Shown here one piece after another: positions 54,952-64,000 of a stretch of 64,000 nucleotides of DNA. Position numbers and translations under genes: made by a program. The notes under the pieces are model-generated. The model was not told where the DNA came from. It worked only from the letters and a program-made list of their open reading frames with translations, and did no database searches. Location: IMG/VR virus record IMGVR_UViG_3300030109_004085, positions 19,882 through 83,881 of that record. One strand, 5' to 3'. Origin of the DNA: a virus. The first letter of the stretch is position 1. Each line of letters begins with the position of its first letter.

Positions 54952-55756
54952 TTTGAGTTAGTTCCTGTACAAGTTCTTGTGTCTTAAGAATCTTGTTTAG
55001 ATCTTTGTCCGCAAACTCGCGCTTACGGAACTCCTCAAGATACTCGGACACTTCACTTAGTTTTTGCGAAATGAGGGGCTCGTCTGTATTTTGACTCGCG
55101 TCACTAATTAGACCCTTAAGTCTTTGCAATTCTTCGTTCAAGTAAATACGAAGCTCAAACCCGTCATCTGCAAAACTTGTGATATACTGATTGAGCAGAT
55201 CTTTCTGCTCCTTGAGGAGATTTGTGTACTTACTGTTGAACTTCTTAATAAAAGAGTTGTAGGTAAGATTGTCCAGAGATTCCATCTTATTTGACTCGGC
55301 TAGTGTTTGCTCGTTGCTCATCGCATCAACGATTGACTGCTCAAACAGAACCTTGCTTTTTACAGGAGTCTTGGTATTAAAAATAGCGCTGATGGAAGCA
55401 AGTGATTTAAAGTTTGGAACAAAGTTGGACCAGATATCTTTACCCAACTGCTTATTCATTGCAGCAATCATCTGAGACTGTGCATCGAATACCTCACCGG
55501 AATCCAACTTAGAATAAGCTAGCTTTGTTTCCTGAAGCATTCTCTCAGCCACATTAGCCTGGATGTTTCTTGTCTCAAGCAAAATCTTGTAAAGGGTAAG
55601 TTCTTTAGCGAGGGCCGTTTCGTTACCAAAGCCTTCCTTAATAATCGTAAGAACAACTTTCTTTTTGTTGTCGTTCTTGTCAACGATTGCTTTTGTTAGT
55701 TCTCGTGTAAGCGTTTCATAAATAAAGGCTGTATTTCTTTTTTTATTATGCTTCAT
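54944..55756 (-). CDS. Hypothetical head-module protein
   Basis: 270-aa helical ORF directly after the portal gene. Confidence 0.7.
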   Translation of the reverse strand: MKHNKKRNTAFIYETLTRELTKAIVDKNDNKKKVVLTIIKEGFGNETALAKELTLYKILLETRNIQANVAERMLQETKLAYSKLDSGEVFDAQSQMIAAMNKQLGKDIWSNFVPNFKSLASISAIFNTKTPVKSKVLFEQSIVDAMSNEQTLAESNKMESLDNLTYNSFIKKFNSKYTNLLKEQKDLLNQYITSFADDGFELRIYLNEELQRLKGLISDASQNTDEPLISQKLSEVSEYLEEFRKREFADKDLNKILKTQELVQELTQND

Positions 55757-57698
55757 TTTTGTCTTCCTCTTTATTTTCCATTTGGTCTACTAACATACGA
55801 ACTTTATTGGTGTTCTCAAAAAGTGTCTTTTCATCCTTAGTATAAGTAGGTTTGATATTCTCTTCCAGACCAACAAGCGATCTAAAGTCAGGCATACCAA
55901 GTTTGCCAGGGTGAACAGTTCTGGAGGTTGTGCCCATCTCAGGTCCCCGAACCATGCGCTTTAATTCTCTCTTCATTGGTCCTTGTGAATGTCTCGTAGA
56001 AGAGCCTTTTCTCTTATCAACTTTGACAGGCTTGTGCGGGGCGCCTTCGTGTCTTGTAGGATTATCTTCTCTACGTCCCGGGGTGGTTAAGAGAACATCG
56101 TCCTCAGCCTCTCCAGCTTCGCCTCCAAGCTCGTCACCGCCCAAGTCTAGGTCTCCCCCTAGGTCGCCTCCCAAATCGCCGCCCAAATCGCCACCTAAGT
56201 CGCCTCCGAGTCCGCCTTCATCGCCGCCAAGTTCTGCGCCTTCATCGACAACACCCTCTAGAGCTTGCTGGTATTTGCGATCATAAAAAGTCTCGCGCTG
56301 ATTACGAAGGAACTCAGAGTCCGACATACCAAGAATGTTGGCAGCTACCCAACGCTTTGAGAACGTGCCTTCTGGAACTGAAGTGGCAGTTTCGAACTTT
56401 GTCTTCATGTACTCAAGCTGCTGTAGTTCGGCAAGGCGTGAGGGATTGTTCAAAGTAATCTTAAATCCTAAAAGGTCTTGACCTCTGAAGCCTAATGTGT
56501 AAAGATGCACTATCGCCATCTTCTCCAATTCGGAAACCAACGATCTTTGAAGTCTATGAATAGTTCTTGCGAAACGGATATCCTTCTGTGCCAAGGTAGT
56601 TTTATCTTCTGTACCACCTTCAAGGTTGGTAAGATAAGACTGTGGAATCTTAATCGCTGCGAACAACTTATCGCGAAGATACTTAACATCCTCAATGTCG
56701 TCCAAAGACTTGGCGCCAGGGAGCGATACAATCTCTGATCCAACGCCACCACGCATCGGAATAAAGTAATCTTCTTCAAGCGATAGGGGATTGTAGCGAA
56801 GGTCCACTCGACCAGTTGTAGCGTTAACAAGAGAGTTGCGCTTCATCTCCGACTTAACTTTTTCCATATACTGCGGAATGTCTTGTGGCGGAATGTTACC
56901 GACGTCAATCTTAAATACTCGGCGCTCTGGTGCGCGGACAACACGATAGGCGATCATCGCATCCTCAAGAAGTGTAAGCTGTCGCCAAATGCGACGAGCA
57001 GGATCAAGCACTGATGTACCGTATGGTGAATAACGATCGTTGCCAAGAATGCGGAAGTGAGCAACCTGCCAGTTCTCAAAAGTCATTCCAGCGCCATTCC
57101 ACTGATACTGGACGTAGTTTGGATTTGTCTGGTCCTGTCCCTCTAGTCTTTCAACCTCGTTGTTTGGCATGCCGATAAGAGATGTGATGCCCATCTTATC
57201 ATCGATGTCCATATACAGGAAGAAGTCTCCGTACTTACACATCGAACGAGCCCAACCAAAACAGTTGAATTCAATGTTAAGAACGTCATAGAATAGGGAC
57301 TCAAGGATAGTCTTGATTTCGTGGTTAAGACAATCAATATTTAAAAGACGATCATACTCGTTTGATGTAGTCATCTCGTCAGCGTAGATGTCGAGAGCGG
57401 TCGCAATCTCTGGCATGTACTCCATCTGCTCAAAGTCAATGTATCTTTCGGCGCGTCCCTGATTACGAAAAGCAGCCGATGTGAAAAGGTTATAGTTCTG
57501 AGACATGTTTGAATCATGTCTCTTAAACTCCTGTCCTGACATTGAGCGGAAACGATAACGATATTTATCTAGATCTGCTCTTTTTTCTTGTCTGCCAACC
57601 TGCGTGCGGTAGTTAACGACCGGGCCAGATAAAAGTCTGGTCAGTCTTTTGAACAGCGGTGACGCTGGATTTCTTGGGTTGTTTTCTCTTTTAGCCAT
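55746..57698 (-). CDS. Portal protein (gp20-like)
   Basis: EDAMIAYRVVRAPERRVFKIDVGNIPP, EEDYFIP.RG, IRFARTI.RLQ. Confidence 0.93.
   Translation of the reverse strand: MAKRENNPRNPASPLFKRLTRLLSGPVVNYRTQVGRQEKRADLDKYRYRFRSMSGQEFKRHDSNMSQNYNLFTSAAFRNQGRAERYIDFEQMEYMPEIATALDIYADEMTTSNEYDRLLNIDCLNHEIKTILESLFYDVLNIEFNCFGWARSMCKYGDFFLYMDIDDKMGITSLIGMPNNEVERLEGQDQTNPNYVQYQWNGAGMTFENWQVAHFRILGNDRYSPYGTSVLDPARRIWRQLTLLEDAMIAYRVVRAPERRVFKIDVGNIPPQDIPQYMEKVKSEMKRNSLVNATTGRVDLRYNPLSLEEDYFIPMRGGVGSEIVSLPGAKSLDDIEDVKYLRDKLFAAIKIPQSYLTNLEGGTEDKTTLAQKDIRFARTIHRLQRSLVSELEKMAIVHLYTLGFRGQDLLGFKITLNNPSRLAELQQLEYMKTKFETATSVPEGTFSKRWVAANILGMSDSEFLRNQRETFYDRKYQQALEGVVDEGAELGGDEGGLGGDLGGDLGGDLGGDLGGDLDLGGDELGGEAGEAEDDVLLTTPGRREDNPTRHEGAPHKPVKVDKRKGSSTRHSQGPMKRELKRMVRGPEMGTTSRTVHPGKLGMPDFRSLVGLEENIKPTYTKDEKTLFENTNKVRMLVDQMENKEEDKNEA
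56138..56240 (-). repeat. Degenerate 12-bp tandem repeat encoding (GGDL)n in the portal tail
   Basis: LGGDLGGDLGGDLGGDLGGDLDLGGDELGG. Confidence 0.8.
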
Positions 57699-57706
57699 GT
57701 TTTATC

Positions 57707-59290
57707 CTAGCCCTTTAATAGTCCTATGTATTGTTGCTGAAAATCTACTGCCTGTTTGGCTCTTTCAGACTCTTTTGTAATCTTGTGACCCTGCATTCCA
57801 GGGATTGTTGTAGCAATAGATGTTTTCGCCGTACTTATCGCAGATAAGAATGACTTACTATACTCTACATTCTTTTGACTTTCCACGATCACTGTATCTC
57901 TCACCCAGCACCCAATAGCAAACGACATCGTTAGATCATCGTTATAACTTCTCATCGCCTGTGGTCTTCCATGATGCCAAATAAATGTTTTCATTTCAGA
58001 AAGTAGACGGTTAGAATTAATCGTAATTAGTTTATTTCTCATAAACTCTTCCATTTTCGCTACGATCAGTGGTCTTGTTTTGGAAGAGGTTGTAAAGCCG
58101 GGAATTACGTTTGATTGCCATTGTGCTGTCATGGGGTCGACGTATTGATGGTCACCCTTTGTAGTAAAGTATAAGTTAGGATACCCTTTATCAATCAATT
58201 TTTTAAGTACTGCAAAGCCAATATTATTGTTTTCTATCACTAACATAGGGTTTCCATATTCATTTGCCACATTAGAGAGAATGTCAGCAAAATCATCTGG
58301 TGTTGGTTTACCCACATACTCAGCGACTTGTTCAAGATTTTGTAGTTCTATGATGTGAAAAGCGCTGTTGTCTTTACCATCGCCGCGAGCGACGTCAGCT
58401 ACTATCAGATATGGAAGTTCCGGATTGTATTGTTTCCAGATCCAATAGTTTCTGTCAAATCCAGTGCGGTATTCGGGTGCTGTTATCTTTTCTAGATACC
58501 ATTGAAGATCATCGGGATGGACAACAGTTTCGCCGGAAACGTTGAAGTTGCACTCAAGCTCCTGGGCAATCTGTCGCTTGGACATATTTTTGGTTTCTTT
58601 GTCAAACCACTTCTTGTCGCGGTCGGGGTGAACATCCCACAGCAACGTGGTCATATGAAAGTCGTTCGTTCCGGATTCGGCTTCAACGCAATTCTGATGG
58701 AACCAGTTACCCACACCATTGGGTGTGGATAAAGCGATGCATCGTCCACCTGTGGATAACGTAGGGTAGAGTGCTGTCCACAGATCTTCTAACTTCTCAA
58801 CGTGAGCAGCCTCATCGATGATTAGAAGTGAAAGGGCTTCGGAACGACCAGCGTCCCCCGAGGTTGACGAGCCCTTAATCTGCGAGCCATTTGAAAGCTC
58901 AAACGATGTTCTATTATCAACAATAATATTAGAGATCTGCATCCACTTGGGTAGATTCTTAATGATGGCCTTTACCTTTTTAACAAGGTTTGTTGCCGTC
59001 TGCAATTTCGTTGCGACAACAAGGATATTCTTGTCTTTGTGGAACAGCATCAACCACGCAACATAGGCAGCACTGATGGTAGAAATGCCCAACTGTCGGG
59101 CTTTTAGAATTATATTAAAACGATAATCGCGGAAGTCTTTTAGCAGTTCCTGCTGATAGTCAAACGCTTTGAAAGGAATTAAGCCTTTCTGCGGGTGCGA
59201 AATCCGACAATAGCTTGTAGTAAAATAAACCGGGTCTTTGCCGGCCTTAACAATCTCTTTTAGTATCTCTTGCTTTGTAAGAGCAGCCAT
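57707..59290 (-). CDS. Terminase large subunit (gp17-like)
   Basis: KARQLGIST, IIDEAAH, STPNG, DVARGDGKD, DDL. Confidence 0.95.
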   Translation of the reverse strand: MAALTKQEILKEIVKAGKDPVYFTTSYCRISHPQKGLIPFKAFDYQQELLKDFRDYRFNIILKARQLGISTISAAYVAWLMLFHKDKNILVVATKLQTATNLVKKVKAIIKNLPKWMQISNIIVDNRTSFELSNGSQIKGSSTSGDAGRSEALSLLIIDEAAHVEKLEDLWTALYPTLSTGGRCIALSTPNGVGNWFHQNCVEAESGTNDFHMTTLLWDVHPDRDKKWFDKETKNMSKRQIAQELECNFNVSGETVVHPDDLQWYLEKITAPEYRTGFDRNYWIWKQYNPELPYLIVADVARGDGKDNSAFHIIELQNLEQVAEYVGKPTPDDFADILSNVANEYGNPMLVIENNNIGFAVLKKLIDKGYPNLYFTTKGDHQYVDPMTAQWQSNVIPGFTTSSKTRPLIVAKMEEFMRNKLITINSNRLLSEMKTFIWHHGRPQAMRSYNDDLTMSFAIGCWVRDTVIVESQKNVEYSKSFLSAISTAKTSIATTIPGMQGHKITKESERAKQAVDFQQQYIGLLKG

Positions 59291-59291
59291 A

Positions 59292-59834
59292 TTAGACCTT
59301 CACATTTGAAGGCTTTTTGGCTTTGTCTCTCCCTAATGCAAGAAAATCTCTGATTGCTTTATCAAGGCGCTCTTCATCAGAGCCGGCGTTTACCTCGCCA
59401 ACATCAGTCAAGCCGCCGATGCGGTAATCACAATGAGCCTGAACGTCGGTGCGGTAGTTGGAAATACGCTGCACGAGAACATGTGGCTCACCTTCCTTTG
59501 TCAAGGTTAGTGTATCACCCGTGACGGCTTTGTATTCTTTCTTTAGGAAGTTAGCAATATCTTGTAGACGCTGCTCAATCTCACCTTCAAAGCCTTTGTC
59601 TTGGACTTCTTTTAGTCTTGTCTCTGCCTGATAATTAATTCTTAAAATCGGACCGTGGAACTTAACACCAAAACCATCCATGACGCGTCGGTCGTGGATG
59701 TAATGACCGTTTTCTCTTTCGAGTCCGGCTGTGCGCGCCTTGCCATCAGCCTGGAGAGTTGCATCGTGCGCTCCGTCGTAAGCGTTAGCTGCTGCTTGGT
59801 TAATTCCTTTTACAATGTCGTATACTGAAGCCAT
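59292..59834 (-). CDS. Hypothetical protein
   Basis: 180-aa ORF upstream of the terminase gene. Confidence 0.7.
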   Translation of the reverse strand: MASVYDIVKGINQAAANAYDGAHDATLQADGKARTAGLERENGHYIHDRRVMDGFGVKFHGPILRINYQAETRLKEVQDKGFEGEIEQRLQDIANFLKKEYKAVTGDTLTLTKEGEPHVLVQRISNYRTDVQAHCDYRIGGLTDVGEVNAGSDEERLDKAIRDFLALGRDKAKKPSNVKV

Positions 59835-59835
59835 T

Positions 59836-60222
59836 TTATTGTTCCTTATTCGGTCTCCACCCGTTTATCCATCTCTCTTCTCTTCCACCTTCGATATATT
59901 GAACATAGCATTTAAAGCAAGCTTGATACTTGTTCATATATAAATCATCACGAGGATGAAAAGAATATTTGGAACAAACAGGACAAGTCCTATTATGATC
60001 TCTATTAAGTAGTTTTTTGTTTATTAAAAATCCATCTGCTTCTATTTTGTCTTGAGATTCGGCATTCTTGGCAAATTTTTGCTGTTCTTCTACGGACTGT
60101 TGCAGATATTCTTTTTCTTTTTCTTCGTCCCAATAGCGACGTGGATTATGGGTTGCTTCTTCGCCATATTTCTGCGAAATAGCTTTCTCTAGCCTAACAA
60201 TATAGTCTTGCTTGTCACTCAT
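59836..60222 (-). CDS. Zn-finger hypothetical protein
   Basis: CPVC...CFKC, ERW..GWRP. Confidence 0.7.
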   Translation of the reverse strand: MSDKQDYIVRLEKAISQKYGEEATHNPRRYWDEEKEKEYLQQSVEEQQKFAKNAESQDKIEADGFLINKKLLNRDHNRTCPVCSKYSFHPRDDLYMNKYQACFKCYVQYIEGGREERWINGWRPNKEQ

Positions 60223-60683
60223 TGCTTGGCTATCTCCGTTGAAAGCGCAAAAATTCCCAATGAGGTAAGGGTTCCGATACCAAAACCAAGCGCAACCATA
60301 AAAGGTTCGGACCCTGGTCTTTGCTTTGTGACCAACTCCATAAGGCGGTCGATCTCTGCTGCCTTAAGTATCATCATAGACTCATGCTTATCTTTCCAAG
60401 ATTGAATCTCTATATCCTTATAGTCAAGCCGCAAACTAAAGTTTTCTTCTTGAAGCTTTAATTCGTATTCTACACGAACTTCGCACTCTACATCAGAAAA
60501 CCTTTTTTCGTTTAGAACCTTTGCTGCAGCGTCAAGTGATAAGAGTATGCCGTCAAATGGCACAATATCGCCGGCCTCTATGGGCAGTACAACATAATCT
60601 GGATCCGGTGTTTCGTCCGCCAGAGCAAATGCCGGTGTTAGCATTGTTAGCGCTACGAAGGCGCTTAGTAGTTTCTTAGCCAT
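60219..60683 (-). CDS. Exported coiled-coil protein with C-terminal TM (spanin-like candidate)
   Basis: Signal peptide ending AFALA, coiled coil, FMVALGFGIGTLTSLGIFAL. Confidence 0.5.
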   Translation of the reverse strand: MAKKLLSAFVALTMLTPAFALADETPDPDYVVLPIEAGDIVPFDGILLSLDAAAKVLNEKRFSDVECEVRVEYELKLQEENFSLRLDYKDIEIQSWKDKHESMMILKAAEIDRLMELVTKQRPGSEPFMVALGFGIGTLTSLGIFALSTEIAKQ

Positions 60684-61083
60684 TTTCTAATCCAAAAGCG
60701 TCAGCTATTTGCTTTGCCAACTTCTCCGGATCATTATACCCCTCGTCTACAAGCTTTTTAAGTTCTGCTTCTTTTTCTTTATTGAGATTATCACCTCTTT
60801 CTTCTAGCTCGCGCTTCAGTTCTTCTTTTCTTTTGAGATGCTCCTCAAGCCTAAGGTTCTTTTCAGTTACCTCTGTGTTATGAATGTGCGACAGTGTTTC
60901 CATCTCTTGATCGTGTTGATCTCTTTTGGCATCAAGCAGATCCATAACCCGTGCTAGCAGTACGCCGTTACGCAGAAGCGCAGAAGCCATGGCGGCTCCT
61001 ACAAATAGCAACGCTATAACAATCACCCACCAAAACTTTTTAGCCCAAAGCCAAGCTTGTTTTGCAATTAGTTTAAATTTCAT
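60676..61083 (-). CDS. N-terminal TM plus coiled coil (i-spanin-like candidate)
   Basis: KKFWWVIVIALLFVGAAMA then a long coiled coil. Confidence 0.5.
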   Translation of the reverse strand: MKFKLIAKQAWLWAKKFWWVIVIALLFVGAAMASALLRNGVLLARVMDLLDAKRDQHDQEMETLSHIHNTEVTEKNLRLEEHLKRKEELKRELEERGDNLNKEKEAELKKLVDEGYNDPEKLAKQIADAFGLENG

Positions 61084-61283
61084 CGGTCACCAAATCCTTT
61101 AAGTTTTGTTACAGCGTCAATAACAGTCTGACCACCAATGTAGACTGTGGTAATTATCACCCAATCGCTTGAAGCCAGATCAGCAAACAATAGTAACGCT
61201 GTCGCGGTTCCCCACGCCAACAACTTTCTGGACACTAGCTTGTCCAAGCCTCTATCTATTATGTGTCGCATTTTCTTAGTCAT
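61080..61283 (-). CDS. Holin-like small membrane protein
   Basis: 67 aa, SRKLL, two hydrophobic segments, YIGGQ. Confidence 0.55.
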   Translation of the reverse strand: MTKKMRHIIDRGLDKLVSRKLLAWGTATALLLFADLASSDWVIITTVYIGGQTVIDAVTKLKGFGDR

Positions 61284-61298
61284 CGAATTTACTCCTAC

Positions 61299-61308
61299 TA
61301 TAAATAGG
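61299..61308. promoter_or_regulatory. Late motif between divergent genes
   Basis: TATAAATAGG on plus, CCTATTTATA on minus. Confidence 0.55.
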
Positions 61309-61321
61309 TTCTTGCATTATT

Positions 61322-62059
61322 ATGTCTAAACGCACCAAGCTTAAATTTAAGAAAATGTTGAAGAAAGCTGAGTTTGTGCATGCTGACTTAGAGTATCACG
61401 AGGAGTTGGTTTCTGAAGCAAGGGCAGGTTTTAACGAAGCTTTTCTTGAAAGGTTAGCCCGGCTGGACAAATTACAAAGAAGGGCATGGGACAGGCATCT
61501 AAAGAAACTGAATAATGAAAAAGCAAAGCAGCTCCTTGAGCAGGCTGAAAAGGAACAGAAGGAAAGATTAGAGCCCGTACAGGCAGATCTGCCCGCCAAT
61601 GTAGCAGAACAGAATAAAGAAGTCTTTATGGATGGCGAAACGGGCGAAGAGTTTTACATGAACCCTGATGAAATAGAACAAAACGATGACAATAAATTAG
61701 GTGTGATTAAAAAGCTTTATCGCAAAATTGCCAACGAAACACACCCCGATAAGTTAGTGGCCTCGGGCTTCTCTCTCGGAGAATCACAAAGAAAACAAGA
61801 GATCTTCAAGAAAGCCAAAGAAGCTTACGAAAGAGACAACTGGTATACTCTGTATTCTATAGCCATCGACCTTGGAATATCTCCTGGGGATATTGATGAT
61901 AAGCACATCGATTGGATTGAAGAAGACATTAAATTTACGATGGGACGTATTTCCAAAATAGGTCAACTGTTCGTATGGGTCTGGTATACGTCAACCGATG
62001 AAGTTAAAGAGAGAGTAATGGACCAATACTTTAACCAAGTATACAATTGGCCGAAATAA
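61322..62059 (+). CDS. J-domain (DnaJ-like) containing protein
   Basis: IKKLYRKIANETHPDK...F..AKEAYE. Confidence 0.75.
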   Translation: MSKRTKLKFKKMLKKAEFVHADLEYHEELVSEARAGFNEAFLERLARLDKLQRRAWDRHLKKLNNEKAKQLLEQAEKEQKERLEPVQADLPANVAEQNKEVFMDGETGEEFYMNPDEIEQNDDNKLGVIKKLYRKIANETHPDKLVASGFSLGESQRKQEIFKKAKEAYERDNWYTLYSIAIDLGISPGDIDDKHIDWIEEDIKFTMGRISKIGQLFVWVWYTSTDEVKERVMDQYFNQVYNWPK

Positions 62060-62120
62060 AACTAATTCTTCTTCTTTTTAAAAGCTAAGCCGCTAAAAAG
62101 CGCTTCCCAAAATGCTGAAC

Positions 62121-64000
62121 TCATTGGTTTATCCTCGCATAACCGTTAGTCTTATCTATTGTGATCTCTGTATCGACAATGTCTTTCAGAGAATCCAAGT
62201 GAGAAATAAGTATAACTGTTTTGAAATACGTTTTAACTAGGTCAAGCATACGAATAAAGCCCTCCATATTTTCAGCGTCTAGAGCAGTTCCGGGTTCATC
62301 AAGTATAAAGATGTTCCCCTTCGGCAACGACGACACAGAAAGCAACGCCAAGCGTATACCCATTGAAGCCAAAGTCTTCTCAGCACCAGAGCCCATCTCA
62401 ATGGGGCGAGCTTCAAAATTGGGGTGCTTAATAAGAACATCTAACTTGTTGCCATCCTCTTGGAAGAAGACTTCAAAGTCAACGATGTTTGAGATTGTCT
62501 TTGCTATCTCCTCATTGATGACTGGTAAGCGTCTTTTGATAATATGATAGGCGATGCCATTGGAATGCATGCAGCGCATAAACAAATCGTAAGCTGCGAA
62601 CTCTGCTCGGATATCAAGTAACTCTTGCTTCTTTTCTTTGAGAGTTTCCACCTTCTGCTCAAGCGATCCAATCGTTCTATTATGCACAGACAGTCCTTCC
62701 TCAAAGACTTCAATACCTTTTTTGTTGGCTTCTATCTTATCAGAAATCTCGTCTCGCGAGACGATAAGGTTTTCAATGTTTTGGATAGCTTCCTTGTTAT
62801 CTTCATACAGAGCGATCTTTTCATTAGTCTCAACTAACTCAGCCGACATTGTTTTAATCTTAGCGAACAATTTCTCAATTGATACCTTGTTATCGCGCTT
62901 TTCAATCTCAATACCGTTCTTCGCAATAATTGTTTCATTGTACCTATCAATTAATTCAACCATCTCTGCCGAGTTAACTGACACAACCTTCTTTTTGTAA
63001 CCCTTGGCTTCCTCGATCTTCTCGATGATTGTTTTTTCAAGGATCGGTAGATCCAGCGAAGCTGAGTGTGCATCAGTAATAAACTTACAGGAAGTCACAA
63101 AAGCGTCACCACAAGGAACCTCGTCAAGAAGATTCAGCTTCTTGGCCATTGTTTTATAATCGTTGTCCATAATCCGGGCACGGTTTACAGTCTCATCGTA
63201 ACGCTGTTTAAAATCGTCGTACTGCTTCTTCTCTTCTAATAATTCTTCAATGTTAATCGTCGTTAGGAAATCATCATAAGTTTTTAGCTTCCCATCGAAC
63301 TGAACTATCTCTTGCTTTAATTCGCTGATATTGTCCTTTGTGTCTTGAATATTAGTGGTTAGTTGCTTTCTTTTCTCGACCAACTTCTTGATGTTTAGAC
63401 GCTCAGTTGGGATAGAATCGATCTGCTCAGTCAAATCATTATACACTTGCTCGTTTTCAACCAACTGTAGGCGTATAGCATCACAGTTCTTAGTGTCGGC
63501 TAGTAGTTCTTTCTGAGCTTCTTCACTATGAACCTCAGCAATTGCGATGTCTTTATCATAATCTGCGTCACCGACGCGTCGAAGAACAGCTTTCAAGTCA
63601 GCTGAGTCTTCTTTTGCTAACTTAAACTTCTTCTCAAAGATCTCTAAATCCAAGAACTTAGCTAGGATCTCTTTACGTTTTGTGGATCCTTCCTTAATAA
63701 AGCTCAAAGAATCAAGCTGACTAGCCATTGACGTCAATAAAAAGTCCTCAATTGTGCCAAACTGCTTGCGAATATTAGCATCAGTTTCATTGCGCGTCGT
63801 GCCGTTAAGGCTCAAATCGTTGTCTTGTGTAAAGTCTAAGAAGGTCCTGGCCTCATTAGTCTCTACGCCTTTAAGGCGCTTTATATACTTCTCCGATTTT
63901 CTCTCGATTGTATAGGTCTTTTCACCAATTTGAAGGTCAATCGTGCCAATACAGTTCTTCTTGTTTTGATTAATAATATTGTAATTCTTGCGTTCGTTCT
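62121..64000 (-). CDS. SbcC/Rad50/gp46-like SMC ATPase, 5'-truncated by the window
   Basis: Long coiled coil, MGSGAEK signature, ILDEP Walker B, ISH; frame open to the window edge. Confidence 0.9.
   Translation of the reverse strand, partial: NERKNYNIINQNKKNCIGTIDLQIGEKTYTIERKSEKYIKRLKGVETNEARTFLDFTQDNDLSLNGTTRNETDANIRKQFGTIEDFLLTSMASQLDSLSFIKEGSTKRKEILAKFLDLEIFEKKFKLAKEDSADLKAVLRRVGDADYDKDIAIAEVHSEEAQKELLADTKNCDAIRLQLVENEQVYNDLTEQIDSIPTERLNIKKLVEKRKQLTTNIQDTKDNISELKQEIVQFDGKLKTYDDFLTTINIEELLEEKKQYDDFKQRYDETVNRARIMDNDYKTMAKKLNLLDEVPCGDAFVTSCKFITDAHSASLDLPILEKTIIEKIEEAKGYKKKVVSVNSAEMVELIDRYNETIIAKNGIEIEKRDNKVSIEKLFAKIKTMSAELVETNEKIALYEDNKEAIQNIENLIVSRDEISDKIEANKKGIEVFEEGLSVHNRTIGSLEQKVETLKEKKQELLDIRAEFAAYDLFMRCMHSNGIAYHIIKRRLPVINEEIAKTISNIVDFEVFFQEDGNKLDVLIKHPNFEARPIEMGSGAEKTLASMGIRLALLSVSSLPKGNIFILDEPGTALDAENMEGFIRMLDLVKTYFKTVILISHLDSLKDIVDTEITIDKTNGYARINQ

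Noticed and set aside
74-63000. Numerous plus-strand ORFs in the track (e.g. 1640-2047, 47237-47776, 52789-53418)
   Set aside because: They are antisense shadows of well-supported minus-strand genes, with no recognisable motifs
1-64000. Stop-codon reassignment as in some large phages
   Set aside because: Conserved genes are full length in the standard code, and TAA, TAG and TGA all end genes at expected positions
1-64000. tRNA or rRNA genes
   Set aside because: Intergenic gaps are short and none showed a cloverleaf or rRNA-like sequence by eye; tRNAscan-SE would confirm

Overview
A 64 kb, gene-dense segment of a large T4-like (myovirus) bacteriophage genome. Nearly all genes are on the minus strand and use the standard code. 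Right part (~24.6-64 kb): an SbcC/gp46-like ATPase (truncated by the window), a lone plus-strand J-domain protein, a candidate lysis trio, and a complete head-neck-tail module (terminase, portal, prohead protease, scaffold, major capsid, neck, sheath, tube, tail chaperone, tape measure, baseplate) that also contains a phage ribosomal protein bS21. Left part (~1-24.6 kb): replication and nucleotide metabolism (DnaE, a minimal PolA, 5'-3' exonuclease, helicase, RecA, gp32-like SSB, class II RNR, ThyX, dUTPase, PurA, IMPDH/GMPR, MazG-like), plus a divergent tubulin/FtsZ-like protein, an Hc1 histone-like protein, GroES, IscA and two ClpP paralogues. Elements read from the sequence that the ORF track misses: (i) a probable +1/-2 programmed frameshift at a U7 run in the tail chaperone; (ii) a twice-repeated covarying hairpin motif bracketing the Hc1 gene; (iii) a recurrent ACTATTTA late-promoter motif, the reverse orientation of the T4 late promoter core, which also marks a family of small proteins with capsid-targeting-like leaders; (iv) sigma70 promoters, two predicting leaderless mRNAs and two sharing a palindromic -35 overlapping hairpins; (v) several micro-ORFs, including a DDDDSA-repeat lipoprotein and a 16-aa Cys-Cys peptide. 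No tRNA, rRNA, CRISPR array or mobile element was seen. All family calls come from motif recognition by eye, not database searches.
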